64,000 bases of DNA, taken from Ktedonobacterales bacterium (GTDB lineage Bacteria; Chloroflexota; Ktedonobacteria; Ktedonobacterales; DATBGS01). The notes beneath the pieces are model-generated. The model was not told the origin of the DNA, did not search any database, and saw only the letters and a program-made list of their open reading frames with translations. Positions within the stretch are counted from its first letter, which is position 1, and every line of letters starts with the position of its first letter. This document shows positions 48,280 to 56,991 of this stretch, piece by piece. The stretch covers positions 1,116 to 65,115 of the forward strand of contig JBJKSJ010000038.1 of assembly GCA_046704085.1 (NCBI GenBank), read 5' to 3'. Both the position numbers and the translations under genes were made by a program.

Positions 48280-48296
48280 ATGTATCAAAAGATGTA
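48280..48296 (+). promoter_or_regulatory. Copy 1 of the conserved 17-nt motif (A/C)TGTATCNAAAGATGTA
   Basis: The plus strand reads ATGTATCAAAAGATGTA. It lies 111 nt upstream of the glucose-dehydrogenase-like start (48168, minus strand). Confidence 0.6.
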
Positions 48297-48426
48297 GTTC
48301 TGGCCTCTGTTCCATTGCCGCTCCGCTTGCCATCTTTCTTGAACCATTGGCCTGGACCAGAGGGGAGCTTTCCGCGTCACGACGGAGTTCGTTCACTCAG
48401 GAGGAGTTCTCATATCTGGAGGCTCG

Positions 48427-48443
48427 TACATCTTTTGATACAT
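48427..48443 (-). promoter_or_regulatory. Copy 2 of the conserved 17-nt motif (inverted)
   Basis: The plus strand reads TACATCTTTTGATACAT, the exact reverse complement of copy 1. It lies 16 nt beyond the stop of the PLDc_N gene. Confidence 0.6.
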
Positions 48444-48459
48444 ACTGTCTGACTCTTCC

Positions 48460-48750
48460 CTAGTGAGGAACACTTCCGCCTTCGATTGCTTTCCTGACGC
48501 GCTGTTCGTCTACTGCCTGTCGCTCCTGCATCTGCCTTTCCCAGGAAAGTCTTGAAGGTCTGGCAATCAGATAGATCAGCGCACCGAGCAGCGGAAAACA
48601 GATCACCCCCAGCACCCACAGAGCCTTTTTCCAGCCGACCAGATCGGGGCGTTGGATCAGATCCATCAAGACGGAAATCCAAAGAACCGTCACTGGAACC
48701 ACTATCAGGAAGAACCAGAAGAGCAGCCAGAACCAATCCCAAAACCGCAT
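48460..48750 (-). CDS. PLDc_N-domain small membrane protein
   Basis: GGAGAG Shine-Dalgarno. Two TM helices with the hallmark loop DLIQRPDLVGWKKALWVLGVICFPLLGALIYLIARP. Confidence 0.7.
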   Translation of the reverse strand: MRFWDWFWLLFWFFLIVVPVTVLWISVLMDLIQRPDLVGWKKALWVLGVICFPLLGALIYLIARPSRLSWERQMQERQAVDEQRVRKAIEGGSVPH

Positions 48751-48901
48751 CAGTTCTCTCCATTTCCAGGATGGGCCGCCATGACAGTGTGATTTTCACC
48801 TTGTCGGCCATCTGAGTATGGCCTTTGGGCAGGAGTACACTGGGCGAGGTGAGTCCCGCGATAATCACACTGAAAGGATACCCTTGCCTGTGAGGTTTTG
48901 C

Positions 48902-48918
48902 CTGTATCGAAAGATGTA
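48902..48918 (+). promoter_or_regulatory. Copy 3 of the conserved 17-nt motif
   Basis: The plus strand reads CTGTATCGAAAGATGTA. It lies 151 nt upstream of the PLDc_N start (48750, minus strand) and 13 nt beyond the GH63 stop. Confidence 0.6.
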
Positions 48919-48931
48919 TTTTCAGTTCCGG

Positions 48932-51682
48932 CTAGATATTTGCTCCGGCAGCCTGCCGTTGTCCCGGCTTCGCCTGGAGGCTAAAAGGCCCGCCCTGGCT
49001 CACCGCAGATGTCTGAATCAACCGGGCGACTACTCCTGTCCATCCAGTTTGGTGACTGGCGCCAATGCCTGCCCCATTGTCGCCATGAAAATACTCGTAG
49101 AACAAGATCAGATCACGCCAGTATGGATCAGTCTGGAACTTTTCCGTTGCACCATAGACCGGGCGGCGCCACCGATGCTGCTCTGGCGCCTGCTCATCCT
49201 CTGTGCGCAGAAAAATATTCTGGAGCCTTTGGCTGATTTCCAGGGCTACCTCCAGGAGCGTGAGCATCTTCCCCGAACCAGTGGGGCATTCGATCTTGAA
49301 GCTGTCACCGTAAAACAACCCGAATTTTACCAGTGCCTCAATCAGCAGCATATTCACCGGCATCCAGATCGGGCCGCGCCAATTTGAATTGCCGCCGAAC
49401 AGCCCGGTGGACGACTCCGCTGGCTCATAATCAACGCGATACTCCTGCCCACCAACGGTAAAGACATAAGGGTGGTCTTTGTGGTAGCGGGAGATGGCGC
49501 GGATGCCATAGTCGCTCAAAAATTCTTTCTCGTCCAGCATACGGCTGAGTATACTGCGGAGCTTGGCCTCATTGACGACCGAGAGCAAGCGCAAGCCGTC
49601 AACTCCCGGTTTCTCCAGATTACTTATATGGGTAGCCAGCGCGGGACGGTGGCGAAACACCCAGGCAATGTAGTCAGAGTAGTGAGGAACAAGCTGTAAT
49701 TCCTCAGGGGTCATCAGGGCCGTTGCGCACAGAGGTAACAAGCCTACCAGAGAGCGCACTTTCAGGCGAATCGTGCGCCCATCCGGCAAGTGCAGCAGAT
49801 CATAAAAGAAGCCATCTTCCGCATCCCATAACTCGTCCTCATGGACCCCTATACGATCCATCGCGGTGGCAATGTAGAGAAAATGCTGGTAGAACTTGCC
49901 AACCATATCCAGGTAAACAGGGTCTTCTCTGGCAAGTTCCAACGCTATTTCGACCATATTGAGGCAGAACAGGGCCATCCAGCTCGTCCCATCGGATTGC
50001 TCCAGCCTTCCGCCAGTGGGAAGCGCGGCGCTGCGGTCAAAGACCCCAATATTGTCCAGACCCAAGAAGCCACCCTCAAAGACGTTGCGCCCGTCTGAAT
50101 CCTTGCGATTCACCCACCAGGTGAAATTCAACACCAGTTTCTGAAAGAGACGTTTAAGAAACTCTCGGTCGCCCTTTCCTCGCTGCTGTTGCTCCAGGAT
50201 ATAGACCCGCCAGGCAGCCCAGCCGAGAATCGGCGGGTTCACATCCCCAAACGCCCATTCGTAGGCTGGAACCTGGCCGTTCGGATGCATGTAGAGGGGC
50301 TGGGTCAGAAGCTGTAACTGGTCCTTGGCAAAGTCCAGATCAACCATTGCTAGAGGGATCGCTTGCGCTGCCAGATCCCAGGTAGCGAACCAGGGATATT
50401 CCCACTTATCAGGCATCGAGATAATATCTGCGCTTGCCAGGTGCGGCCAGCTAGTATTCCTGCCAAGGTGCCGCTCAATTGGTGGAGCGATCAGGGAATC
50501 TCCCTGGAGCCAATCGTCGATGTTATAGCAATAATATTGCTTCGTCCATAACATGCCTGCTAAGGCTTGTCGCATCACATTGCGCGCATCTTCGCTTATG
50601 GCAGTTGGAGTAATGCCAGCATAGAACTCATCTGCTTCCTGGCGACGAGTCTGAAGAACCTGATCAAAATCCGATCCAACGACAGAACCTCGTCCATTCC
50701 CCTCGACATTGGCAGATGGAGCGTTTTCTGTGAGGCGCAACCGGATGATGCGAGTCTCCCCTGGGCCTAGCTCCAATCGGTAATGGACTGAAGCTTTTGT
50801 CCCGACCTGCTCCGGGTTAATTGCGCCCGATTGCCCAAAGATCACATGCTGATGTATGCCATCCTTCGTATAGGGGGAAGCATTGGGCACGCCAAATAAG
50901 CGCTCATTATTGGTTTCGTTTTCCGTGAAAAGGAGGTTGGCTTCCCCTTCACAAAACAGATACCGTTCGCCCAGCAGCAAATGCGAGGCCAGGATGGCTC
51001 TCCCTCCCTGCATAGGCGCTTGCCTCAGCGCCGGTTTTTGGGCAGCAGAATTCCATGACCACGTGTTGCGGAACCAGAGGGTTGGCAGCACATGTAACGT
51101 TGCCGTCTCATCTCCTCGGTTGGAAATGCCTATCTGGATAAGCAGGTCTTCAGGGGAATGCTTGGCATATTCCACATAGACATCGAAGTACCGATCCAAA
51201 TCGAAGATACCAGTGTCGATCAGTTCATATTCTTGCTCAGAGCGACTACGCCGACGATTCGTTTCCACCAGATCAGCGTAAGGATACGCCGCCTGGGGAT
51301 ACTTGTAGAGATACTTCATGTAGGAATGCGTCGGGGTGCTATCCAGATAGAAGTAGTATTCCTTGCAATCCTCGCCATGATTGCCTTCGGAATTAGTCAA
51401 CCCAAACAGGCGTTCCTTCAGGATAGGGTCAACGCCATTCCAGAGTGCCAATGCAAAACACAACTGCTGCTGATCATCAGAAATCCCGGCGAGGCCGTCT
51501 TCGCCCCAGCGGTATGCGCGGGACTGTGCCTGGTCATGACTGAAGTATTCCCAGGCACTCCCATAGGGGCTGTAATCTTCACGGACTGTTCCCCACTGCC
51601 GTTCACTCAGATACGGCCCCCATTTTTTCCAGGGGATAGCGCGTTCGCGCGCCTCTTGCAATCGTTGTTCCTCTTGCGTCAT
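48932..51682 (-). CDS. GH63-like (MGH1/glucosidase-type) glycoside hydrolase
   Basis: 916 aa. The N-terminus WKKWGPYLSERQWGTVREDYS...RAYRWGEDGLAGISD and the (alpha/alpha)6 region are typical of bacterial GH63-like glucosidases. Confidence 0.75.
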   Translation of the reverse strand: MTQEEQRLQEARERAIPWKKWGPYLSERQWGTVREDYSPYGSAWEYFSHDQAQSRAYRWGEDGLAGISDDQQQLCFALALWNGVDPILKERLFGLTNSEGNHGEDCKEYYFYLDSTPTHSYMKYLYKYPQAAYPYADLVETNRRRSRSEQEYELIDTGIFDLDRYFDVYVEYAKHSPEDLLIQIGISNRGDETATLHVLPTLWFRNTWSWNSAAQKPALRQAPMQGGRAILASHLLLGERYLFCEGEANLLFTENETNNERLFGVPNASPYTKDGIHQHVIFGQSGAINPEQVGTKASVHYRLELGPGETRIIRLRLTENAPSANVEGNGRGSVVGSDFDQVLQTRRQEADEFYAGITPTAISEDARNVMRQALAGMLWTKQYYCYNIDDWLQGDSLIAPPIERHLGRNTSWPHLASADIISMPDKWEYPWFATWDLAAQAIPLAMVDLDFAKDQLQLLTQPLYMHPNGQVPAYEWAFGDVNPPILGWAAWRVYILEQQQRGKGDREFLKRLFQKLVLNFTWWVNRKDSDGRNVFEGGFLGLDNIGVFDRSAALPTGGRLEQSDGTSWMALFCLNMVEIALELAREDPVYLDMVGKFYQHFLYIATAMDRIGVHEDELWDAEDGFFYDLLHLPDGRTIRLKVRSLVGLLPLCATALMTPEELQLVPHYSDYIAWVFRHRPALATHISNLEKPGVDGLRLLSVVNEAKLRSILSRMLDEKEFLSDYGIRAISRYHKDHPYVFTVGGQEYRVDYEPAESSTGLFGGNSNWRGPIWMPVNMLLIEALVKFGLFYGDSFKIECPTGSGKMLTLLEVALEISQRLQNIFLRTEDEQAPEQHRWRRPVYGATEKFQTDPYWRDLILFYEYFHGDNGAGIGASHQTGWTGVVARLIQTSAVSQGGPFSLQAKPGQRQAAGANI

Positions 51683-51882
51683 GACGCTTAATCCTGAGCC
51701 TTTCTATCAGCGGGAAGGTCACCGATGGTTTCTGCCTGGGGATTGATTTTTCCTCTGAAGACCTCAAAAAACTGGCCGCAAACGCTGCAAGGAATATGCC
51801 AATCAGTCCTATACGGCAATCTTTTTGCAGCGCCTGTGTTCCATCGGCGCTCCGAAAGCGATGCCGAGGTGATACGGACAAA

Positions 51883-51899
51883 TACATCTTTTGATACAT
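51883..51899 (-). promoter_or_regulatory. Copy 4 of the conserved 17-nt motif (inverted)
   Basis: The plus strand reads TACATCTTTTGATACAT. It sits in the divergent gap, 200 nt from the GH63 start (51682) and 96 nt from the protease start (51996). Confidence 0.6.
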
Positions 51900-51995
51900 G
51901 TCCCACTAACCTCGTTCGACTACCCTTCTTGATAGGGTCCACTAGATACCCCTGCTCTGGGTTCCGCAGCGGAGTTCCGAAAGGAGCAGCATACC

Positions 51996-52919
51996 GTGTT
52001 TCAGCAAGGCATCCCACAAGAACCTCGAACAAGCCAGGATCACCCTGACGCACCACCACCGCAGTTAAATCTCTCTCTCAAGGGCGGGGAACCTTCCGCT
52101 GAGAAACCATCGCCACCGACCCAAGAGCAGTCGCCGCCGCCCTCCGCGCCAGAAAGAGGGGTGCCTCGCCGGGCGCAGTTCGCTCAACCGGCCTGGGTCT
52201 ATCTGGTAGCGCTGGGCCTCTTGCTCGCAACCCTCCTGGCCGGTTTTGGGATTGGCCTGGCAGTGGCTGGTCCCCACCAGCAAGACTTCCAGCAAGAGAT
52301 GATTCAAGCCATCAATAGTGCCCAGCCCTCAGTTGTTGCAGTCAAAACCCAGGGGCCACAAGGCGGGGGGATAGGATCGGGCGAGATCCTGACCAGTGAT
52401 GGCTATATTGTGACCAACGATCATGTCGTGCGTGGCTTTACCAGCTTTGCGGTCACGCTTTCTACCAACACGACCGTGCCAGCACGACTGATTGGAGAGG
52501 CGCCACAGGAAGATCTGGCGGTCCTCAAGATAGCCCGCAATCAACTCTCCCCAATCCAATTTGCTGACTCTGACAAGGTCATCGTCGGACAGGTCGCCAT
52601 TGCGCTTGGCAGCCCCTTAGGCTTAGAGCAGTCAGTGACTTCGGGGATCGTCAGCGCGCTGCGCCGCAATGCGACGGAGGGACCTCCTGGGCCGGCAGAG
52701 AATCTGACCGACTTGATCCAGACGAGTGCGCCTATTAATCCTGGCAATAGTGGGGGCGCCCTGGTCGATTTGCAGGGGCATTTGATTGGTGTTCCCACGT
52801 TTGGCCTCGTTTCCCCAGGGTCGGGCGCGCCAGCCAGTGGGATTGGCTTCGCCATTTCCTCCAATCGTACTCAGCAGATAGCCCAGCAATTGATCAAAGC
52901 TGCGGGAGGGACCAGCTAA
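51996..52919 (+). CDS. Membrane-anchored S1C (HtrA-like) serine protease without a PDZ domain
   Basis: GTG start with an AAGGAG Shine-Dalgarno. TM helix VYLVALGLLLATLLAGFGIGLAV. Triad contexts TNDHVV, EDLAVLKI and GNSGGALV. The protein ends right after the protease fold. Confidence 0.8.
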   Translation: MFQQGIPQEPRTSQDHPDAPPPQLNLSLKGGEPSAEKPSPPTQEQSPPPSAPERGVPRRAQFAQPAWVYLVALGLLLATLLAGFGIGLAVAGPHQQDFQQEMIQAINSAQPSVVAVKTQGPQGGGIGSGEILTSDGYIVTNDHVVRGFTSFAVTLSTNTTVPARLIGEAPQEDLAVLKIARNQLSPIQFADSDKVIVGQVAIALGSPLGLEQSVTSGIVSALRRNATEGPPGPAENLTDLIQTSAPINPGNSGGALVDLQGHLIGVPTFGLVSPGSGAPASGIGFAISSNRTQQIAQQLIKAAGGTS

Positions 52920-52972
52920 AGATGGTCCTCCAGCCACCCGTGGGGATGCGAATACTTCTGCAAACACCCTGA

Positions 52973-55900
52973 TTAGGGAGCTTGCAACTGCTGGTGGGTG
53001 GATGGGCCTTCATTAGCAGCTACCAATCGAAGGAGCATCGGCCTCAGAATCTGCCGTTTCCGGGCGACGGCAATCGCCTGGGTTCGGCTCTGCACCCCAA
53101 GCTTCAAAAAGATCGCATTGGTATGCCGTTTGACAGTTCCTACGGCAATCATCAGGTATTCAGCTATTTCCTGATTCGATGCCCCTTCCGCAAGCAAGCC
53201 AAGCACCTCAAGCTCTCGCGGGCTGAGGGATTCCTGGAAAGGCGCTCCTCCTTCCAGATAAGGCTTGCTCCTGCTTGCAGACAACCAAAGGCTTTCTTGC
53301 TCTTCTGGATTGGTTTCAGCTTCATTGGGAGCAAACGCAGACAATAATCGCTCAAGATAGGAGTTCTGTTGATCGGACAGGACAGCCCCCTGCCTGTATG
53401 CCTGGCGCTTTTTGAGCAAAGTAAGCAGTCGTCTCATCTGAGGGCCACCGTCCACAATCGTGCGCACAAAACCTTCTGGTTCTGCCAGCCTCAGCGCCCT
53501 CCGCAAGTGGTTCAGGGCAGCCGTGGTGTCACCGAGCATCTCGTGTGCTACGGCTTGCAGCACCAGACTTTCCAACACGTGGAGGATTCGCTCGCCCGCC
53601 TTAGCGTCCGCCTCGAGGCGGGTTAATGTTGCCAGCGATTGACGTACTTTGCCTGCCGCGAGCGCGATGCGAACGCTGACGAGTTCCTCCCATTCCCAGA
53701 TTCCGCGTGGATAGCCCGCTGGAGGGGAATGTTGCTCCCATTCCCTGGCCCAAGCAAAGGCTGTACTCATATTCCCTTGTAAGACGTGCAGGCGCGCTTG
53801 ATCGGCACGCGCGTAGCGCGTCGTCCATGCCTCTAGCTCTGGCAACACAACCCCTGAGGGTATTTGCACCATGTCTTCAGTCTGGGGATGACCCTGGGCA
53901 AAGCGGACTTGTGCCAACCAGCAAGCTCCAACAAGTGAAGAGAGCGATGTGCGCATCGATCTGCTGAGTGCTATCCCAGCTTCAAGCGCGGTGGCTGAAG
54001 CATCGAGATGGTTCATTTCGTAAAACAACTTGCCCAGGACCATATTGATACCCATCTCTGCAAACGCGAATCTGTGGTGAGCTATGTCCTGGCTTGCTGC
54101 TTGCGCAAGCCGCAGGGCTTCACGCAAGTGTCCTTGAAGGAAGGTCGTCTGGGCGAGGAGATTCATGGCCCAATACTTTGAGTGCTGCTGGCCCTGTGCC
54201 TCGCCAAGCTGGATCACCTCCGTGAGAACTTGCCGGGCAGGGAGCAGCGCGCCATCAAGATACCGGGCCATTCCTAGCACAAGCAGGATGTGCTGGCGGC
54301 TGACCACATCTGATGGAAAGAACTCAAGTGCCTGCGAACAGGCATGGACGCACGCAGGAATATCTCCACGCATCAGCAGGAGGGCAGCCCGCGTTGCCAG
54401 GATATTGCCCTGGAGCGCAGAGACGCGGAGAGGCTGGCTGGTCCAACCTTTGCGCAGACCGATTTCTTCTGCCTTCTGGATGGAACGCTCGCTCGCCTCA
54501 AAGTGCCCCATGGCAAGCAGTGCCCTGGCAGAGGCCAGATATAACACCGGATGGGTACGCATCACCGGCTCCGGGATCTGTTCCAACCACGCATGCAGTT
54601 GAGCGAATGCTCCGGTCTCCAGGGCGCTGGCCGCAAAGGCTTCTAGCAGCCGGGCAGGACGATGCTCGTCGCTGGCTGCAAAGGCGTGACGAATCGCATC
54701 ATCAAGCAACCCTTGTGCCTCATACCAGAGGCTGGCGCGCAGGTGCAACTCGGTGATACGCTCAGGCAGCGCATGCTCCAGGCGCAACCGGAGGGCTTCG
54801 GCAAAGAGGGGATGATAGCGATACCAGTTCCGCTGCTGGTCCAACGGCTCAATGAAAAGGCGCATCTGCTCGAGGGTTTCTAACTGTTCCTGGCTATTGG
54901 CGATCCCGCACACCAGATCGCACAAGGGAGCGCAGAGCCGATCCAGGATGGACGTCGCCAGTAGAAACCACTGCAAAGAAGAGGGAAGACCTCTCAATGT
55001 TTCCTCGGTGAAGTAATCCACGAGATAGCGGTCTTTGCCACTGAAAGGAGGAGAGACAGCCCCTCCCTCTTGCCGCTGGAGGGCAAGAACGGCAAGATGC
55101 AGCCCGGTCACCCAACCTTCTGTGTGGGTATAGAGCGCCTCGAACAGGTCGGTGGAGTACTGGGATCCGAGTCGTGTCTGAAGAAACTCAGCCGCCTCTG
55201 AGCGAGTCAACCGCAAGTCTTGCGCCCCTAATTCGAGCATGGCCCCACGGGCACGCAGCCTTGGGAGCGGCAAGGGAGGCTCGGAGCGGCTGGCAAGCAC
55301 CAGATGGCCTTGCGGCGGTAGACGCTCTATGAGCGAGACGACCATCTCGTGCAGGCGATGATTATCACGGGCGAGAAGGTGATAATCATCCAGGATCAAC
55401 ACCACAGGCGTCGCACTGGCCGTCAGGACGTTGATTAGATGTGTAATCGCTCGCTCGGTCACATGGGTTTGGGGATCGTGCAGCCAGGCGTGTACAATGG
55501 GAAGCTTGCCTGGGAGCAGCGTGTCGAACGCCATGAATATGTAAGACCAGAACCTGACGGGATCATGATCGTCTGCATCAAGGGAAACCCATGCCACTGG
55601 CAGGTGCGTCGAGTTGGCCCACATGGAGAGGAGTGTCGTTTTCCCAAAACCAGCAGGGGCACTCAGCACTGTCAGCGGGTAGTGGGCAACAAGCTGCAAG
55701 GCTTCCAGCGCCTGCGTCTGAATCAAACGTGAAGAACTGAACTGGGGTATTGAGAGCTTGGTCAAGATCAACTTCGACTCTTGCGGAAGCAGCAAGGAGG
55801 GTACTTTAGATCCAGCGGAAGCGACATCAGAGCGAGACTGAGAAGCGGCAAGCATTTTCTTCTTGCTCTCTTTCACAACCCGCTGTGCAACGGTCTCCAG

Positions 55901-56167
55901 GCGCTCCAGCGTGAGTTCTTCCGTAGCTCCCAGGTCCACTGTAAGACTCCGATTTCCTTGCCGGAGCGAGGCGCTCCAGAACCAGGCGCCTGAACGCTGC
56001 TGTTTACGAGCCGTAAAGCGACCTCCAGCGCCGTGATAGGCAAAGAAACGAGCCGTTTTCAGCCAGGCAAACCACTCAGCAGAACCAACCGGCAGAGAGC
56101 GCGTCGCACCAGCATCGTCACGCTCCACCAAGAGTCCCTCAGAAATGACAGGCAGCAGATGCCTCAT
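52973..56167 (-). CDS. MalT/LuxR-type STAND ATPase transcriptional regulator
   Basis: ORF 52973..56392 trimmed to ATG 56167 (MRHLLPVISEG). Walker A SAPAGFGKTTLL, Walker B VVLILDDYH, a long TPR-like helical region, and C-terminal LuxR HTH LSPRELEVLGLLAEGASNQEIAEYLMIAVGTVKRHTNAIFLKLGV. Confidence 0.85.
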   Translation of the reverse strand: MRHLLPVISEGLLVERDDAGATRSLPVGSAEWFAWLKTARFFAYHGAGGRFTARKQQRSGAWFWSASLRQGNRSLTVDLGATEELTLERLETVAQRVVKESKKKMLAASQSRSDVASAGSKVPSLLLPQESKLILTKLSIPQFSSSRLIQTQALEALQLVAHYPLTVLSAPAGFGKTTLLSMWANSTHLPVAWVSLDADDHDPVRFWSYIFMAFDTLLPGKLPIVHAWLHDPQTHVTERAITHLINVLTASATPVVLILDDYHLLARDNHRLHEMVVSLIERLPPQGHLVLASRSEPPLPLPRLRARGAMLELGAQDLRLTRSEAAEFLQTRLGSQYSTDLFEALYTHTEGWVTGLHLAVLALQRQEGGAVSPPFSGKDRYLVDYFTEETLRGLPSSLQWFLLATSILDRLCAPLCDLVCGIANSQEQLETLEQMRLFIEPLDQQRNWYRYHPLFAEALRLRLEHALPERITELHLRASLWYEAQGLLDDAIRHAFAASDEHRPARLLEAFAASALETGAFAQLHAWLEQIPEPVMRTHPVLYLASARALLAMGHFEASERSIQKAEEIGLRKGWTSQPLRVSALQGNILATRAALLLMRGDIPACVHACSQALEFFPSDVVSRQHILLVLGMARYLDGALLPARQVLTEVIQLGEAQGQQHSKYWAMNLLAQTTFLQGHLREALRLAQAASQDIAHHRFAFAEMGINMVLGKLFYEMNHLDASATALEAGIALSRSMRTSLSSLVGACWLAQVRFAQGHPQTEDMVQIPSGVVLPELEAWTTRYARADQARLHVLQGNMSTAFAWAREWEQHSPPAGYPRGIWEWEELVSVRIALAAGKVRQSLATLTRLEADAKAGERILHVLESLVLQAVAHEMLGDTTAALNHLRRALRLAEPEGFVRTIVDGGPQMRRLLTLLKKRQAYRQGAVLSDQQNSYLERLLSAFAPNEAETNPEEQESLWLSASRSKPYLEGGAPFQESLSPRELEVLGLLAEGASNQEIAEYLMIAVGTVKRHTNAIFLKLGVQSRTQAIAVARKRQILRPMLLRLVAANEGPSTHQQLQAP

Positions 56168-56551
56168 TTGAAGTCCCTTCCATAGGCAACACACAAGGAA
56201 TGCGGGCAACAACACTTCGAGCGATGGAGAGGAGCGTATCCCTCCTATTCTCTGGCGTCCCAGCAAGCTACATTTCATCAATACTATCTCTGGTCTTGTG
56301 TAAGAAGACCATGCTCTTCGGACCGAAATGGTGATTGCTGCATAGAGTATGCCTTTACATGTGCTGATGAAAGGCAGGAAGTTCATAAGCATTCTGAACT
56401 GACCGAGACCTCAGGTTTCATTGGCCGCTGCGGTAAGTACACCTGGGTTCAGTCCACTCCGGGTACTCTCACTCTGCGGTTGATGAAGGTCATCAGCATC
56501 GCAACGATGAGGAACGGAGAGGCTATCACGCTCCCCCCTTCTCCAGAACAC

Positions 56552-56568
56552 CTGTATCTAAAGATGTA
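56552..56568 (+). promoter_or_regulatory. Copy 5 of the conserved 17-nt motif
   Basis: The plus strand reads CTGTATCTAAAGATGTA. It lies 384 nt upstream of the STAND/LuxR regulator start (56167, minus strand). Confidence 0.6.
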
Positions 56569-56668
56569 TTTTGCTGCTCGTTCCCTCTTGCCAGAGACGC
56601 CCAAACCGCGCGCCAGGCAACAATGCCTGCCCTGGCGCCAGCGGTTCTGCTGCTACTGCGCCGAGGAA

Positions 56669-56685
56669 TACATCTTTGGATACAT
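56669..56685 (-). promoter_or_regulatory. Copy 6 of the conserved 17-nt motif (inverted)
   Basis: The plus strand reads TACATCTTTGGATACAT. It lies 306 nt upstream of the CMD-family gene start (56992, plus strand). Confidence 0.6.
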
Positions 56686-56991
56686 GTAGGCGCGCAGCGA
56701 GAGCAGGTATATTCTAGGGAGCGACAGGGAGTGGGATCTGCTGCGCTGCCCAGATCGCCTGGTTCCTGACCCGCCGTGACGGCATCTGGTGTCCAGATTG
56801 CTTGCCCGCGTCACGGGCAGAAGGGCCACGTCCTTTCGTATGTTGTTCTGGATACTCATCTCCATGCTGATATGGTGGGCACTACCTGCCAGGAGATAAA
56901 TGGGCAACTGAGCGAATACGCGCTGTTTTCATTTGAGTAAGTTGCCCCAGGGGCACATAGCATTGAAATCATCGGAGTGAGGAGGCTCCCC

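Noticed and set aside
48280-48296. The 17-nt motif reads ATG TAT CAA AAG ATG TA, giving MYQKM(Y). It could therefore encode a conserved mini-ORF or leader peptide. Copy 1 would give MYQKM-stop. Copy 4 starts the 98-aa track ORF 51603..51899.
   Set aside because: Copies 3 and 5 have C instead of A at the first base, so they have no ATG. The sequence and length after the motif differ completely between copies. No Shine-Dalgarno precedes any copy. Conservation is at the DNA level, not the peptide level.
51883-51899. The TTGATA inside the motif could act as a -35 box, making the motif a shared promoter.
   Set aside because: No -10-like hexamer lies at a consistent 16-18 nt distance downstream in any of the six copies. 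The sequences examined at that distance include GTTCGA, AATTCA and CCCTAG.
48280-56685. The inverted motif pairs (48280/48443 and 56552/56685) could be terminal inverted repeats of two MITE copies.
   Set aside because: The internal sequences of the two short modules (130 nt and 100 nt) show no similarity to each other. No target-site duplications are evident next to the arms.
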